From positions 7,120 through 71,119 of the forward strand of contig JAFTIE010000113.1 of NCBI GenBank assembly GCA_017457065.1: a stretch of DNA of 64,000 bases, in the 5' to 3' direction. The notes under the pieces were generated by a model. That model searched no databases. It was not told the origin of the DNA and saw nothing but the letters and a program-made list of their open reading frames with translations. Below, piece by piece: positions 38,641 to 45,500 of this stretch. Within the stretch, counting starts at the first letter, position 1, and each line of letters begins with the position of its first letter. The position numbers were made by a program, and so were the translations under genes. The DNA is from Lentisphaeria bacterium (lineage in GTDB: Bacteria > Verrucomicrobiota > Lentisphaeria > Victivallales > Victivallaceae).

Positions 38641-38685
38641 ATCTCCGGATGAACTTGAAAGAACTTTTTTCAGAGGACGCAAAAA

Positions 38686-39459
38686 GTGAAAAATATTATT
38701 TCCATTATCCTGACTGTTGTATTGACCCTGACGGTTGTCTGGGCGGCAGGCAAACTGAAAGACACCGGCTGGGTGAGCCGGGGAGGCAATGTGCCGGTGG
38801 TCAGCGCCGCAAGAGATCTGACCGCAGGAGAGGTCGTGAAAAAAGAGGATATCGCAGAGCGTTCCGTTCCCCGGAAAGGAGTGCCCGCACAAGCGATCTT
38901 GTGGAACAAATCAGCTCTTGTTGCAGGGCAGGAGGTGTTGAGATCCGTTGCCAAAGGAGACTATATCATGCTGAACGATGTGGGCATGAACAAAAATTTG
39001 AGCAGGATCGTCGCTCCGGGGGAGTGGGCAGTGCCCGTCACTTTTGCAGACCGCAGCCTGCTTCAGTTTATCCAGCCGGGAGATGAAATCGCTGTCTGGG
39101 CGACCTTTACCGATGAAAAAATTGTCCGGAATCCGTCAGAAAAATCAATTTCTGTGAAAGAAAAGACAACTTCAGTCCTCTTTCCTTGTGTAAGGGTCCT
39201 GGATGTGGGGACAGGAGACGGAAAACCAAGGGAGGAAAAAATGCGCAATAAAACGATCATCGTTTCTCTGCCGCCGCAGCAGGTCGGGTTGCTGATCGCC
39301 GCACAGGGCAGAGCTGAATTGTTTCCCGCTTTGCGCACCCCGAATGATACAGCGGCAAGGAACCGTATGGAACCGGGGATCGTTACAGATGAAACTTTTG
39401 CCGGGTTGCGCCGGGGCTTGAAAACTGTTAAAGTCCACGGAGCATCAGGGAGCAGGTGA
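38686..39459 (+). CDS. cpaB: Flp pilus assembly protein CpaB/RcpC (paralog 1)
   Basis: It has a GTG start with GAGGA upstream and the N-terminal TM IISIILTVVLTLTVVWAA. The SAF-like VPVVSAARDLTAGEVVKKEDI is present. It is colinear with the second CpaB at 48335 (VEVVAAARNLAPGDILTEGSF; both end ...ELFPALR / ELYPALR). Confidence 0.75.
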   Translation: MKNIISIILTVVLTLTVVWAAGKLKDTGWVSRGGNVPVVSAARDLTAGEVVKKEDIAERSVPRKGVPAQAILWNKSALVAGQEVLRSVAKGDYIMLNDVGMNKNLSRIVAPGEWAVPVTFADRSLLQFIQPGDEIAVWATFTDEKIVRNPSEKSISVKEKTTSVLFPCVRVLDVGTGDGKPREEKMRNKTIIVSLPPQQVGLLIAAQGRAELFPALRTPNDTAARNRMEPGIVTDETFAGLRRGLKTVKVHGASGSR

Positions 39460-39599
39460 GATCATGAAAAATCTCCGCAGATGTTTTATGATCCGGCAAT
39501 CGGAAGAATATGGGAAACCGACCGGCGGCAGAATGTGCCGGAGGGCGTGAGGATCGGGACTTTCCGCAAGGAAAATCCGGGAAGAGCAGGGAATCGTAT

Positions 39600-41087
39600 A
39601 TGGAATCCAGAGTTCAGATAAAAATCATAAGAGGTGCTTGCAGCAGACGGGAGTTTGATATCTCTCTTCCCTGTCTGATCGGCAGATCTCATAATGCAGA
39701 CATCCGGTTGACTGACCCGGATGTTTCAGGCCGTCATGCTCTCCTGACGGTTGATGACTCCAAGGTTCTGTACATCCGGAATTTAAGTAAAGGCTCAACA
39801 ATTGTCGGCGGAAAAACTCTTGCCCGGGGCGGGGAGATCCCCGTTACAGCGCAAACTCTTGTGTCTCTGGGGGAAAGCGTTGAGATCCTCATTGCCGGAG
39901 GCGATGTTTTCGGGATCCCGGAGGATGGGGTGATCTTTTTCAATGATCCGGAAGATATGACCGCCGGAGCTGTTTCTCATTGCGGGAAATCCTGTGTCGA
40001 AACAGAGACTTTGAGCTTCTTTGTGGAACACAGAGTCGATAGGGCACACGCCGGTGTGAAAGGTGGGATGGCGCGTTTTCTGAACACTGCCGGAAACACT
40101 CTGCGGAAACAGCTTCCCGGTGTCATGCGGGGAGTTCTGCTGCTCCTGATCGCGGCTGTGTGTTCAGGTGCCGGGTACTTTGCATTTGCAGCCATTCAGG
40201 AGAATGAACTTTCTTATTCCTTCTCACGCCGGGATCTTCAGGCGGATGAGATCATTTCACCCGTCAAAGGTCCGGAATGGGGCATATCGTTCTATTTTCC
40301 CCGGCACGCTGAGATGAAAGTGGTCAGGAAGAGTGACTCCTTTGCGGCAGAAACCAGGATCGGTTCCTTGTGCAGTATTCCCCTGCATCTGGAATATCAC
40401 GGCAGATCTTCTACCGGTATCCTGTTGAGTACAAAGGAAAAGGTCTTTGAAAAGTGGATCAAAGAGACCGCCGGAAAAGAGTGGCAGTTCGACCGGATCT
40501 CCAGAGTCAGGTTTTTCGGGGAAAACAACGGATTTCCCTATCTGACGGCAGAGTACAGACGTAAGGTCTCTTCGGAATACCGGTTCGGTATCGCCACCAG
40601 TCTGAAATTCCGGGATCGGCAGTTCATTTTTTTGAAAGAGATCCCCCTCAAAGAAAGAAAAAGAGGAGAGAAACTCTTGAGAACAGAAACCTTTTTCAAA
40701 GTTGCTCCGGAGATCATAAGCAGATATTGGGATGTGAATGTCCCTCTTCTGGATCTCCCCGCAGAAGACATGCTGGAGCGCTCAAAAAAAATGCTGTCAA
40801 GAGTGACTCCCGGAGTCTGGGGGCAGACCTATCAATTACTGGTGAGTTCCCTGATCAAAGCCCACAGTGAAAAGAACAGTGAAACCGCTGACCGGGCGGA
40901 ACTTCTGCTGGCAGATATGAGAAAGATGCAGCGGCGTTGGCTGAATGCGCAAAGGATCGACTGCCTGAATTCCATTGCCAAAGGGGATCATAAGACCGCT
41001 TACAGGGTCAAAAAAAACTGTGAACGTGTTTTTTCAGATAAAAACGATCAATGGGCACATTTGATCAGAAATAATTTTGGAGAATGA
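39600..41087 (+). CDS. FHA-domain single-pass membrane protein
   Basis: The N-terminal FHA is CLIGRSHNADIRLTDPDVSGRHALLTV...IRNLSKGSTIVGG. The TM is GVLLLLIAAVCSGAGYFAFAAI. A ~300-aa extracytoplasmic domain is paralogous to that of the 54230 protein. The start is taken at MESRVQIKII. Confidence 0.75.
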   Translation: MESRVQIKIIRGACSRREFDISLPCLIGRSHNADIRLTDPDVSGRHALLTVDDSKVLYIRNLSKGSTIVGGKTLARGGEIPVTAQTLVSLGESVEILIAGGDVFGIPEDGVIFFNDPEDMTAGAVSHCGKSCVETETLSFFVEHRVDRAHAGVKGGMARFLNTAGNTLRKQLPGVMRGVLLLLIAAVCSGAGYFAFAAIQENELSYSFSRRDLQADEIISPVKGPEWGISFYFPRHAEMKVVRKSDSFAAETRIGSLCSIPLHLEYHGRSSTGILLSTKEKVFEKWIKETAGKEWQFDRISRVRFFGENNGFPYLTAEYRRKVSSEYRFGIATSLKFRDRQFIFLKEIPLKERKRGEKLLRTETFFKVAPEIISRYWDVNVPLLDLPAEDMLERSKKMLSRVTPGVWGQTYQLLVSSLIKAHSEKNSETADRAELLLADMRKMQRRWLNAQRIDCLNSIAKGDHKTAYRVKKNCERVFSDKNDQWAHLIRNNFGE

Positions 41088-41167
41088 CCGGTGAAAAGTT
41101 TCTTCTTAAACACATCATGGTTGCATGAAGAACCGCTTTCAACGGCTGTTCATGGGGAGTGAGTCAG

Positions 41168-41380
41168 ATGGAGCTGTCTTTCAAAAAATCGGAAAAAGGT
41201 TCCGTGATGTTGGAGTACATCGCTGTTCTTGCGGCGATCTTCGGATTGATGGCAGGGGCGGAATTTATGCTCTTTGGAGAGTTGTTTGATCCATTTGGAG
41301 AAAATGGAGATTCTTTGCAAAAAGCGTTTGCGGTCAACTACCGCATGGTGGTTGAAGTCATAGCGTTGCCGTTTCCGTAA
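41168..41380 (+). CDS. flp: Flp/Fap-type pilin (type IVc prepilin) 1
   Basis: The leader MELSFKKSEKG is followed by SVMLEYIAVLAAIFGLMAG, matching the Flp processing motif G/xxxxEY plus a hydrophobic helix. GGGGAG lies 8 nt upstream of the ATG. Confidence 0.7.
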   Translation: MELSFKKSEKGSVMLEYIAVLAAIFGLMAGAEFMLFGELFDPFGENGDSLQKAFAVNYRMVVEVIALPFP

Positions 41381-41489
41381 CATTTACAAAAGGAGGACTC
41401 AAATCATCTGAATTATGAAATGCTTCCCGTTCCCTTTTAAACAAACGAACATGCAACATTAACCCTTAAAATGAAAGGAACAAAGAAAA

Positions 41490-41828
41490 ATGAAAAAAGC
41501 AATGTTCAAAAAAGTGGCAAATTCCTTTGCCGGCCGTATGCTCCGTCGTCTGATGGGTGAAGAAAAGGGCTCCGTGATGATCGAATACATTCTGGTCGCC
41601 CTGCTGATCGTTGTCGTTGGTGTCGTCGTGTTTACAATGCTCGGTGGCGTGATCGGTGAATCCGGTGAAGCCATTGGTCTTGCCATGGGCGGTGGTTCTG
41701 ATTCAGAGGTGGAAACCGCGGTAAAAAACGCCAGAGACAATGCCAAAGGTGGAGCAGCTTCATCAGCAACAAGAGCCAAACTTGTTCGTGGAACCGCTTA
41801 TAGCGATGCAGCGACAACTGCTCCGTAA
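41490..41828 (+). CDS. flp: Flp/Fap-type pilin 2 with an extended G/A/S-rich C-terminus
   Basis: The leader ...RRLMGEEKG is followed by SVMIEYILVALLIVVVGVVVF. At 112 aa it is longer than typical Flp pilins. Confidence 0.7.
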   Translation: MKKAMFKKVANSFAGRMLRRLMGEEKGSVMIEYILVALLIVVVGVVVFTMLGGVIGESGEAIGLAMGGGSDSEVETAVKNARDNAKGGAASSATRAKLVRGTAYSDAATTAP

Positions 41829-41836
41829 TAAACATT

Positions 41837-42361
41837 ATGAGTTTCCCGGTATTCTTCAGCATAGTCACAGTCTGGCTGGTTGTTTTAGGCTGGTATGACT
41901 GTTATTACCGCAGATTGCCCAATGTTTTGACATTGGGCGGTGCTGCGGTGTTTCTGGCTGTACACATTTTTAATGGCAGTATGACCAGCAGTTTGCTTGG
42001 AGGATTATTGGGATTTGCGTTTTTGCTTCTCCCCTTCCTGATGCGAGGCGCAGGAGCGGGAGATGTCAAAATGTTCGGAGCAGTGGGGATCCTCACCGGA
42101 TTCCCGCTGATCCTTTCTGCAATGTTCTGGTCAACTGTTTTCGGTTTGATCCTCGGCGTCATCATGGTGATCGCCGGAAAAACCGATGCGGCAAGATTGA
42201 AACATTTGTGGAGATGCTGTACTGACCGGAATTATGACCGGAAAGCCGGGAAAGAAGCTTTGCCGGAAAAACAGTCGGAAAAAGTGCGGATCCCATTCGG
42301 CGTGGCGATCGCCGCCGGATGCTGGACAGCGGAGGTGTTGTATGTTTTATCCGCCCGCTGA
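41837..42361 (+). CDS. cpaA: Prepilin peptidase CpaA/TadV (A24 aspartic peptidase)
   Basis: 174-aa polytopic membrane protein with YYRRLPNVLTLGG and the GxGD-type motif GAGAGDVKMFGAVG. Confidence 0.75.
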   Translation: MSFPVFFSIVTVWLVVLGWYDCYYRRLPNVLTLGGAAVFLAVHIFNGSMTSSLLGGLLGFAFLLLPFLMRGAGAGDVKMFGAVGILTGFPLILSAMFWSTVFGLILGVIMVIAGKTDAARLKHLWRCCTDRNYDRKAGKEALPEKQSEKVRIPFGVAIAAGCWTAEVLYVLSAR

Positions 42362-42977
42362 ACTGAAAAAAGATCGGGGTTCTGTTATGCTTGAGGCGAT
42401 CATCTGTCTGCCTTTTTTGTTTTTACTGATCTTTTTGACGGCACAGCTGGCACATATTTCATTTTGCCGTCAGGTGGTCCAGTATGCGGCTGTTGCCGCC
42501 GGAAGGGCAACGATTTCCTGTGCCGACAGTGAAGAAAAAGATGCCGCAGAAGCTGCCGCACGCAGGATCTGTGCACTGGTCTCTTACACAAATGAAGGCG
42601 GTTCTCCATTAAATAGAGAATGGTTGAAAGATAGAGAAAAAAATGTTCTTATCAGCGGTACCGGCGGGGCTGATCCTCAAGGAAAAAATGATAAAATGAA
42701 GGAAGTAACTGTCAGCCAAACCGGAGTTGGCAGCAAAATTGTAACTGTGAAATTCAATGTGCCGATGATGTTCCCCATAGCCAATGATGTGCTTTCGGGA
42801 AGTTCGGCATTTATTAAATATATCTGGCAGAGCGAAAAGTATAGGGAAAGAGAAATAACCTATAAAAGCGAACTCTTTCCCCACTTTCTGATAACCGGAA
42901 CAACGGCAGTTTTCAAACCGGCAAGTGTCGGAACTTCTGCCGTTGATAATGTGAATGATTATAAAAGATGGAACTGA
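42342..42977 (+). CDS. tadE: TadE-like pseudopilin 1
   Basis: The start is at MFYPPAELKKDRG with GGAGG upstream. SVMLEAIICLPFLFLLIFLTAQLAHI follows (TadE N-terminal pattern, same G/SVMLE site as the pilins). Confidence 0.65.
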   Translation: MFYPPAELKKDRGSVMLEAIICLPFLFLLIFLTAQLAHISFCRQVVQYAAVAAGRATISCADSEEKDAAEAAARRICALVSYTNEGGSPLNREWLKDREKNVLISGTGGADPQGKNDKMKEVTVSQTGVGSKIVTVKFNVPMMFPIANDVLSGSSAFIKYIWQSEKYREREITYKSELFPHFLITGTTAVFKPASVGTSAVDNVNDYKRWN

Positions 42978-42978
42978 G

Positions 42979-43605
42979 ATGATCCGTTCAGCACAAAACA
43001 CAACAAAAAGATTACTGGTCGGGGAGTCCGGCATTGCCATGCCGGTTTCCCTCCTTGTCTTTTTGTTTCTGACCTTTGTCTGCATGTCAGTCTTTGCCCT
43101 GGGTGAAGCGATCCGGGTCAGGACCGAACTGCAGTACAAGGTGGACAATGCCGCCTATGCCGCCGCATTGGTGCAGGCGGATTCTCTCAGCCGTATCGCC
43201 GTTTTGAACCGGGCTTTGGCATGGACCTATGCCCAGACCAACAACCGCCAGGTCAATTACATCATGAACCGGTGGCTTTCTGAGACTTACGAAACTTTTA
43301 TCCGGGATGCCGATGCCATGGAAAAAAACATATTGAAGGCAGCAGCGCTGCATGTAACCTTCATAATCTGGCAATACGGCGTTCCGACAGAGATAACCCC
43401 CGGAGACATACAAGCAGCTACATTGACGGAACAGATGATTTTTGTTACGGATTGGCACTTGCACCGGATATCGACACCATCAAAAACGCTCTCAAAAACG
43501 CTTTCGAAAACGCTCTTTCTCTGCAGCTGCACGGACGCCTTTGCAGCTCCGGAGAGCGTGGCATCAAAGTTCTCCAGGAAGAGGTTATCGACACTGTTTC
43601 CTTGA
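42979..43605 (+). CDS. tadG: TadG-like pseudopilin, N-terminal part (ORF interrupted; see 43452-44504)
   Basis: GESGIAMPVSLLVFLFLTFVCMSVFALGEAIRVRTELQYKVDNAAYAAALVQ fits the TadE/G-like N-terminal domain. From about 43440 the ORF reads implausible low-complexity sequence (SKTLSKTLSKTLFLCSC) while the other frame becomes protein-like. Confidence 0.55.
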   Translation: MIRSAQNTTKRLLVGESGIAMPVSLLVFLFLTFVCMSVFALGEAIRVRTELQYKVDNAAYAAALVQADSLSRIAVLNRALAWTYAQTNNRQVNYIMNRWLSETYETFIRDADAMEKNILKAAALHVTFIIWQYGVPTEITPGDIQAATLTEQMIFVTDWHLHRISTPSKTLSKTLSKTLFLCSCTDAFAAPESVASKFSRKRLSTLFP

Positions 43606-44504
43606 ATGAGTACGAGGCCATTTCTGCCCAGTTGTTTGCCGGTCATAAAAACATAATAAACATGAGCAAAGCAGCAGAAGAGATCAAAAAAAGTATGGAT
43701 GGCCGGATCCGGCAGGTCGTTCAAACCATGCTTGAGGGAACGGAGAGCTGTGTTTTTTCCACCGATCTCTCAGAATTCCTTGAAAAGAATATCGATGAAA
43801 GCGACGTACTGAAACGCTATGATATTCAAACAGGGGGCAGTTTGCGATCCGATGCTTACTGGCAAAAAACATGGTGGCAGAAAGATTCAGATACGCTGGC
43901 GCATTCCTACTCCGGCGAAAAGGTTCCCGAATTGCAATGGATCGGCTATGCTGTTTCCTGGGTTTGCAACATTCACGGGCACACCCCCACATTACGTGCT
44001 TTTTCAGAGAAGCGTATAAGCACTCCCGGACAACATCCGGATAAGACTCGCTGGCAAACTGAAAATTGGAACGAATTACCTGAAGCTGAAATCTTCAGAC
44101 TGAAAGAAAATTTTTTCAGCAAAGATGGGGCTGTCGTTGTCGCCGCAAAAACGCCGATCCCGGATCTTTTCGGCAATGTTTTCGGCAAAAACAAATTCCT
44201 GAATTTCCGTGTTGACGGTAATTTATGGGCTGTTTCAGCCGCAAGAGCCGGATACCGTATCCCCGGAGAAACAAGGTATGAAAACAGCAAGTTTTCAAAT
44301 GAAGATAAATGGAACCTTTTTGTGGATGATTGGGAACCCATGTTCCTGCCCGTAAGCAGATGCTGGAAGTCCTGGGATGGTGAAAAATTTACCGGCGATG
44401 GTGCTTATAAAGTTTTAGAGGGAGTCGCAGAGAAACTCGGTATCAATATTTCTGAAAAAGGTCTGAACCTGAACGAAAAAGTTGATCTGGATATGCTCCA
44501 CTGA
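43452..44504 (+). CDS. Probable continuation of the TadG-like protein in the -1 frame
   Basis: 350-aa ORF (TTG at 43452; the frame is open further upstream). It overlaps the previous ORF by more than 150 nt and has no independent RBS or signal sequence. Confidence 0.5.
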   Translation: MALAPDIDTIKNALKNAFENALSLQLHGRLCSSGERGIKVLQEEVIDTVSLNEYEAISAQLFAGHKNIINMSKAAEEIKKSMDGRIRQVVQTMLEGTESCVFSTDLSEFLEKNIDESDVLKRYDIQTGGSLRSDAYWQKTWWQKDSDTLAHSYSGEKVPELQWIGYAVSWVCNIHGHTPTLRAFSEKRISTPGQHPDKTRWQTENWNELPEAEIFRLKENFFSKDGAVVVAAKTPIPDLFGNVFGKNKFLNFRVDGNLWAVSAARAGYRIPGETRYENSKFSNEDKWNLFVDDWEPMFLPVSRCWKSWDGEKFTGDGAYKVLEGVAEKLGINISEKGLNLNEKVDLDMLH

Positions 44505-44511
44505 TTGAGGA

Positions 44512-45177
44512 ATGACAATGCGGATGAGGAATTTATACAAAGATAACAAAGGTTCGGTAATGCTGGAAACGATTCTGGTGTTGCCGATGTACCTTGTGTT
44601 TATTACGGTGATTTTCCTCGCCGGTGAACTCTCTTTGTACCGCAATTTGCTTTTGCAAATGGATCAGCATGATCTGTGGGCTTTGGGGGCAAAGAGTCCG
44701 ACAAAAGTCGATACGGCAGAAAAATTGTTCGGGTCAGTGGGGAAAAGAGATTTTATGGGAGATTTTGAGATAACCGCGAAAGATCAGGATGAAAAAGTTC
44801 TCTCTACCAATGGTTGGTGGAAAAAAAATGCTCTTAAAAACAATGCTGTATTGAAAGTGCCCGGTTGGATAAAATCCATCCGGGTTCTCAGTGGACTTAT
44901 GGGACAGAACTCTCATAAAGCATTCAACTACAGCAACGGATTTGAATTACGGAAAAATGATGAAAAACTGGTGCTGTATTCACGCAACAGCGAAGAAAAT
45001 TGGCGGGGAGCCTGCGAAGGCGCAGACCTGTGTGCGGGCAGTGTTCCCCTGTGGGTGACAGTCGCCAATGAAAATACTGTCGGTTCGGCAGATGGACCGG
45101 AAAAGGTATTGGGAGAGGCGATCTTGCCCTATGCTAATGGGAAATCTGTGGAAAATTACAGGTCATATTGGGATTGA
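44512..45177 (+). CDS. tadE: TadE-like pseudopilin 2
   Basis: MTMRMRNLYKDNKG is followed by SVMLETILVLPMYLVFITVIFLAGE, the same processing-site pattern. Confidence 0.65.
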   Translation: MTMRMRNLYKDNKGSVMLETILVLPMYLVFITVIFLAGELSLYRNLLLQMDQHDLWALGAKSPTKVDTAEKLFGSVGKRDFMGDFEITAKDQDEKVLSTNGWWKKNALKNNAVLKVPGWIKSIRVLSGLMGQNSHKAFNYSNGFELRKNDEKLVLYSRNSEENWRGACEGADLCAGSVPLWVTVANENTVGSADGPEKVLGEAILPYANGKSVENYRSYWD

Positions 45178-45179
45178 AG

Positions 45180-45500
45180 ATGAAGAAAAAATTTTATATA
45201 TTTCTGTTTGTGATACTTGCCGCCTTCCCCCTGAGGGCAGAAGAGCGCAATGGATGGGGGATTTCAGGCGAATTGCCCTACAGTTACCCTTATGCCAGAA
45301 CTTGGGTCGGCGGAAAAATGCGGCAGGCAGGCTGGAAGTGTATCAAAGCATTTACCAGTGGGAAGAAAAATGAAATAGAACACAGCATCTGGGAAAAAGG
45401 TACTTCAAAGCTCCAGATGATGTTGTGGCGGATCGCCAGTGATAAAACCGGGTATTCGCAGCGCAGTTTGACCAAAAGTAAGACAGATAAAATATTATGA
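45180..45500 (+). CDS. Small secreted protein of unknown function
   Basis: The signal peptide is MKKKFYIFLFVILAAFPLRAEE. Its stop overlaps the kinase start (ATGA). Confidence 0.5.
   Translation: MKKKFYIFLFVILAAFPLRAEERNGWGISGELPYSYPYARTWVGGKMRQAGWKCIKAFTSGKKNEIEHSIWEKGTSKLQMMLWRIASDKTGYSQRSLTKSKTDKIL

Noticed and set aside
38120-38686. Attempted match of the Tad leader to known riboswitch/ncRNA consensus sequences (c-di-GMP-I/II, SRP RNA, 6S, RNase P, tmRNA).
   Set aside because: None of the conserved cores I remember is present, for example GEMM ...ACGCAAAGCC.CCGG..., SRP GGAAGCAGCC or RNase P GAGGAAAGUCC. Only vague resemblances such as GGACGCAAAAAG at 38675 appear. This needs an Rfam scan.
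38052-38689. ORFs 38052-38249 (65 aa) and 38408-38689 (93 aa) in the long gap before cpaB1.
   Set aside because: The first runs through the predicted promoter and is Phe/Ile/Leu junk. The second uses a GTG with no RBS, crosses the palindromes and the terminator-like hairpin, and ends inside the cpaB1 start. I treat the region as a non-coding leader, though a short leader peptide cannot be excluded.
39464-39550. A 28-aa ORF (MKNLRRCFMIRQSEEYGKPTGGRMCRRA) between cpaB1 and the first FHA gene.
   Set aside because: It has no clear RBS, has arbitrary composition and is too short to evaluate. It is probably just intergenic sequence.
43435-43450. Programmed -1 ribosomal frameshift at the T5 run joining the two TadG-like ORFs.
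   Set aside because: In the upstream frame the codons are att-ttt-gtt, which does not form a canonical X XXY YYZ slippery heptamer. I see no obvious downstream pseudoknot or hairpin. An indel or pseudogene is the simpler explanation, so it is kept only as a possibility under the split-gene finding.
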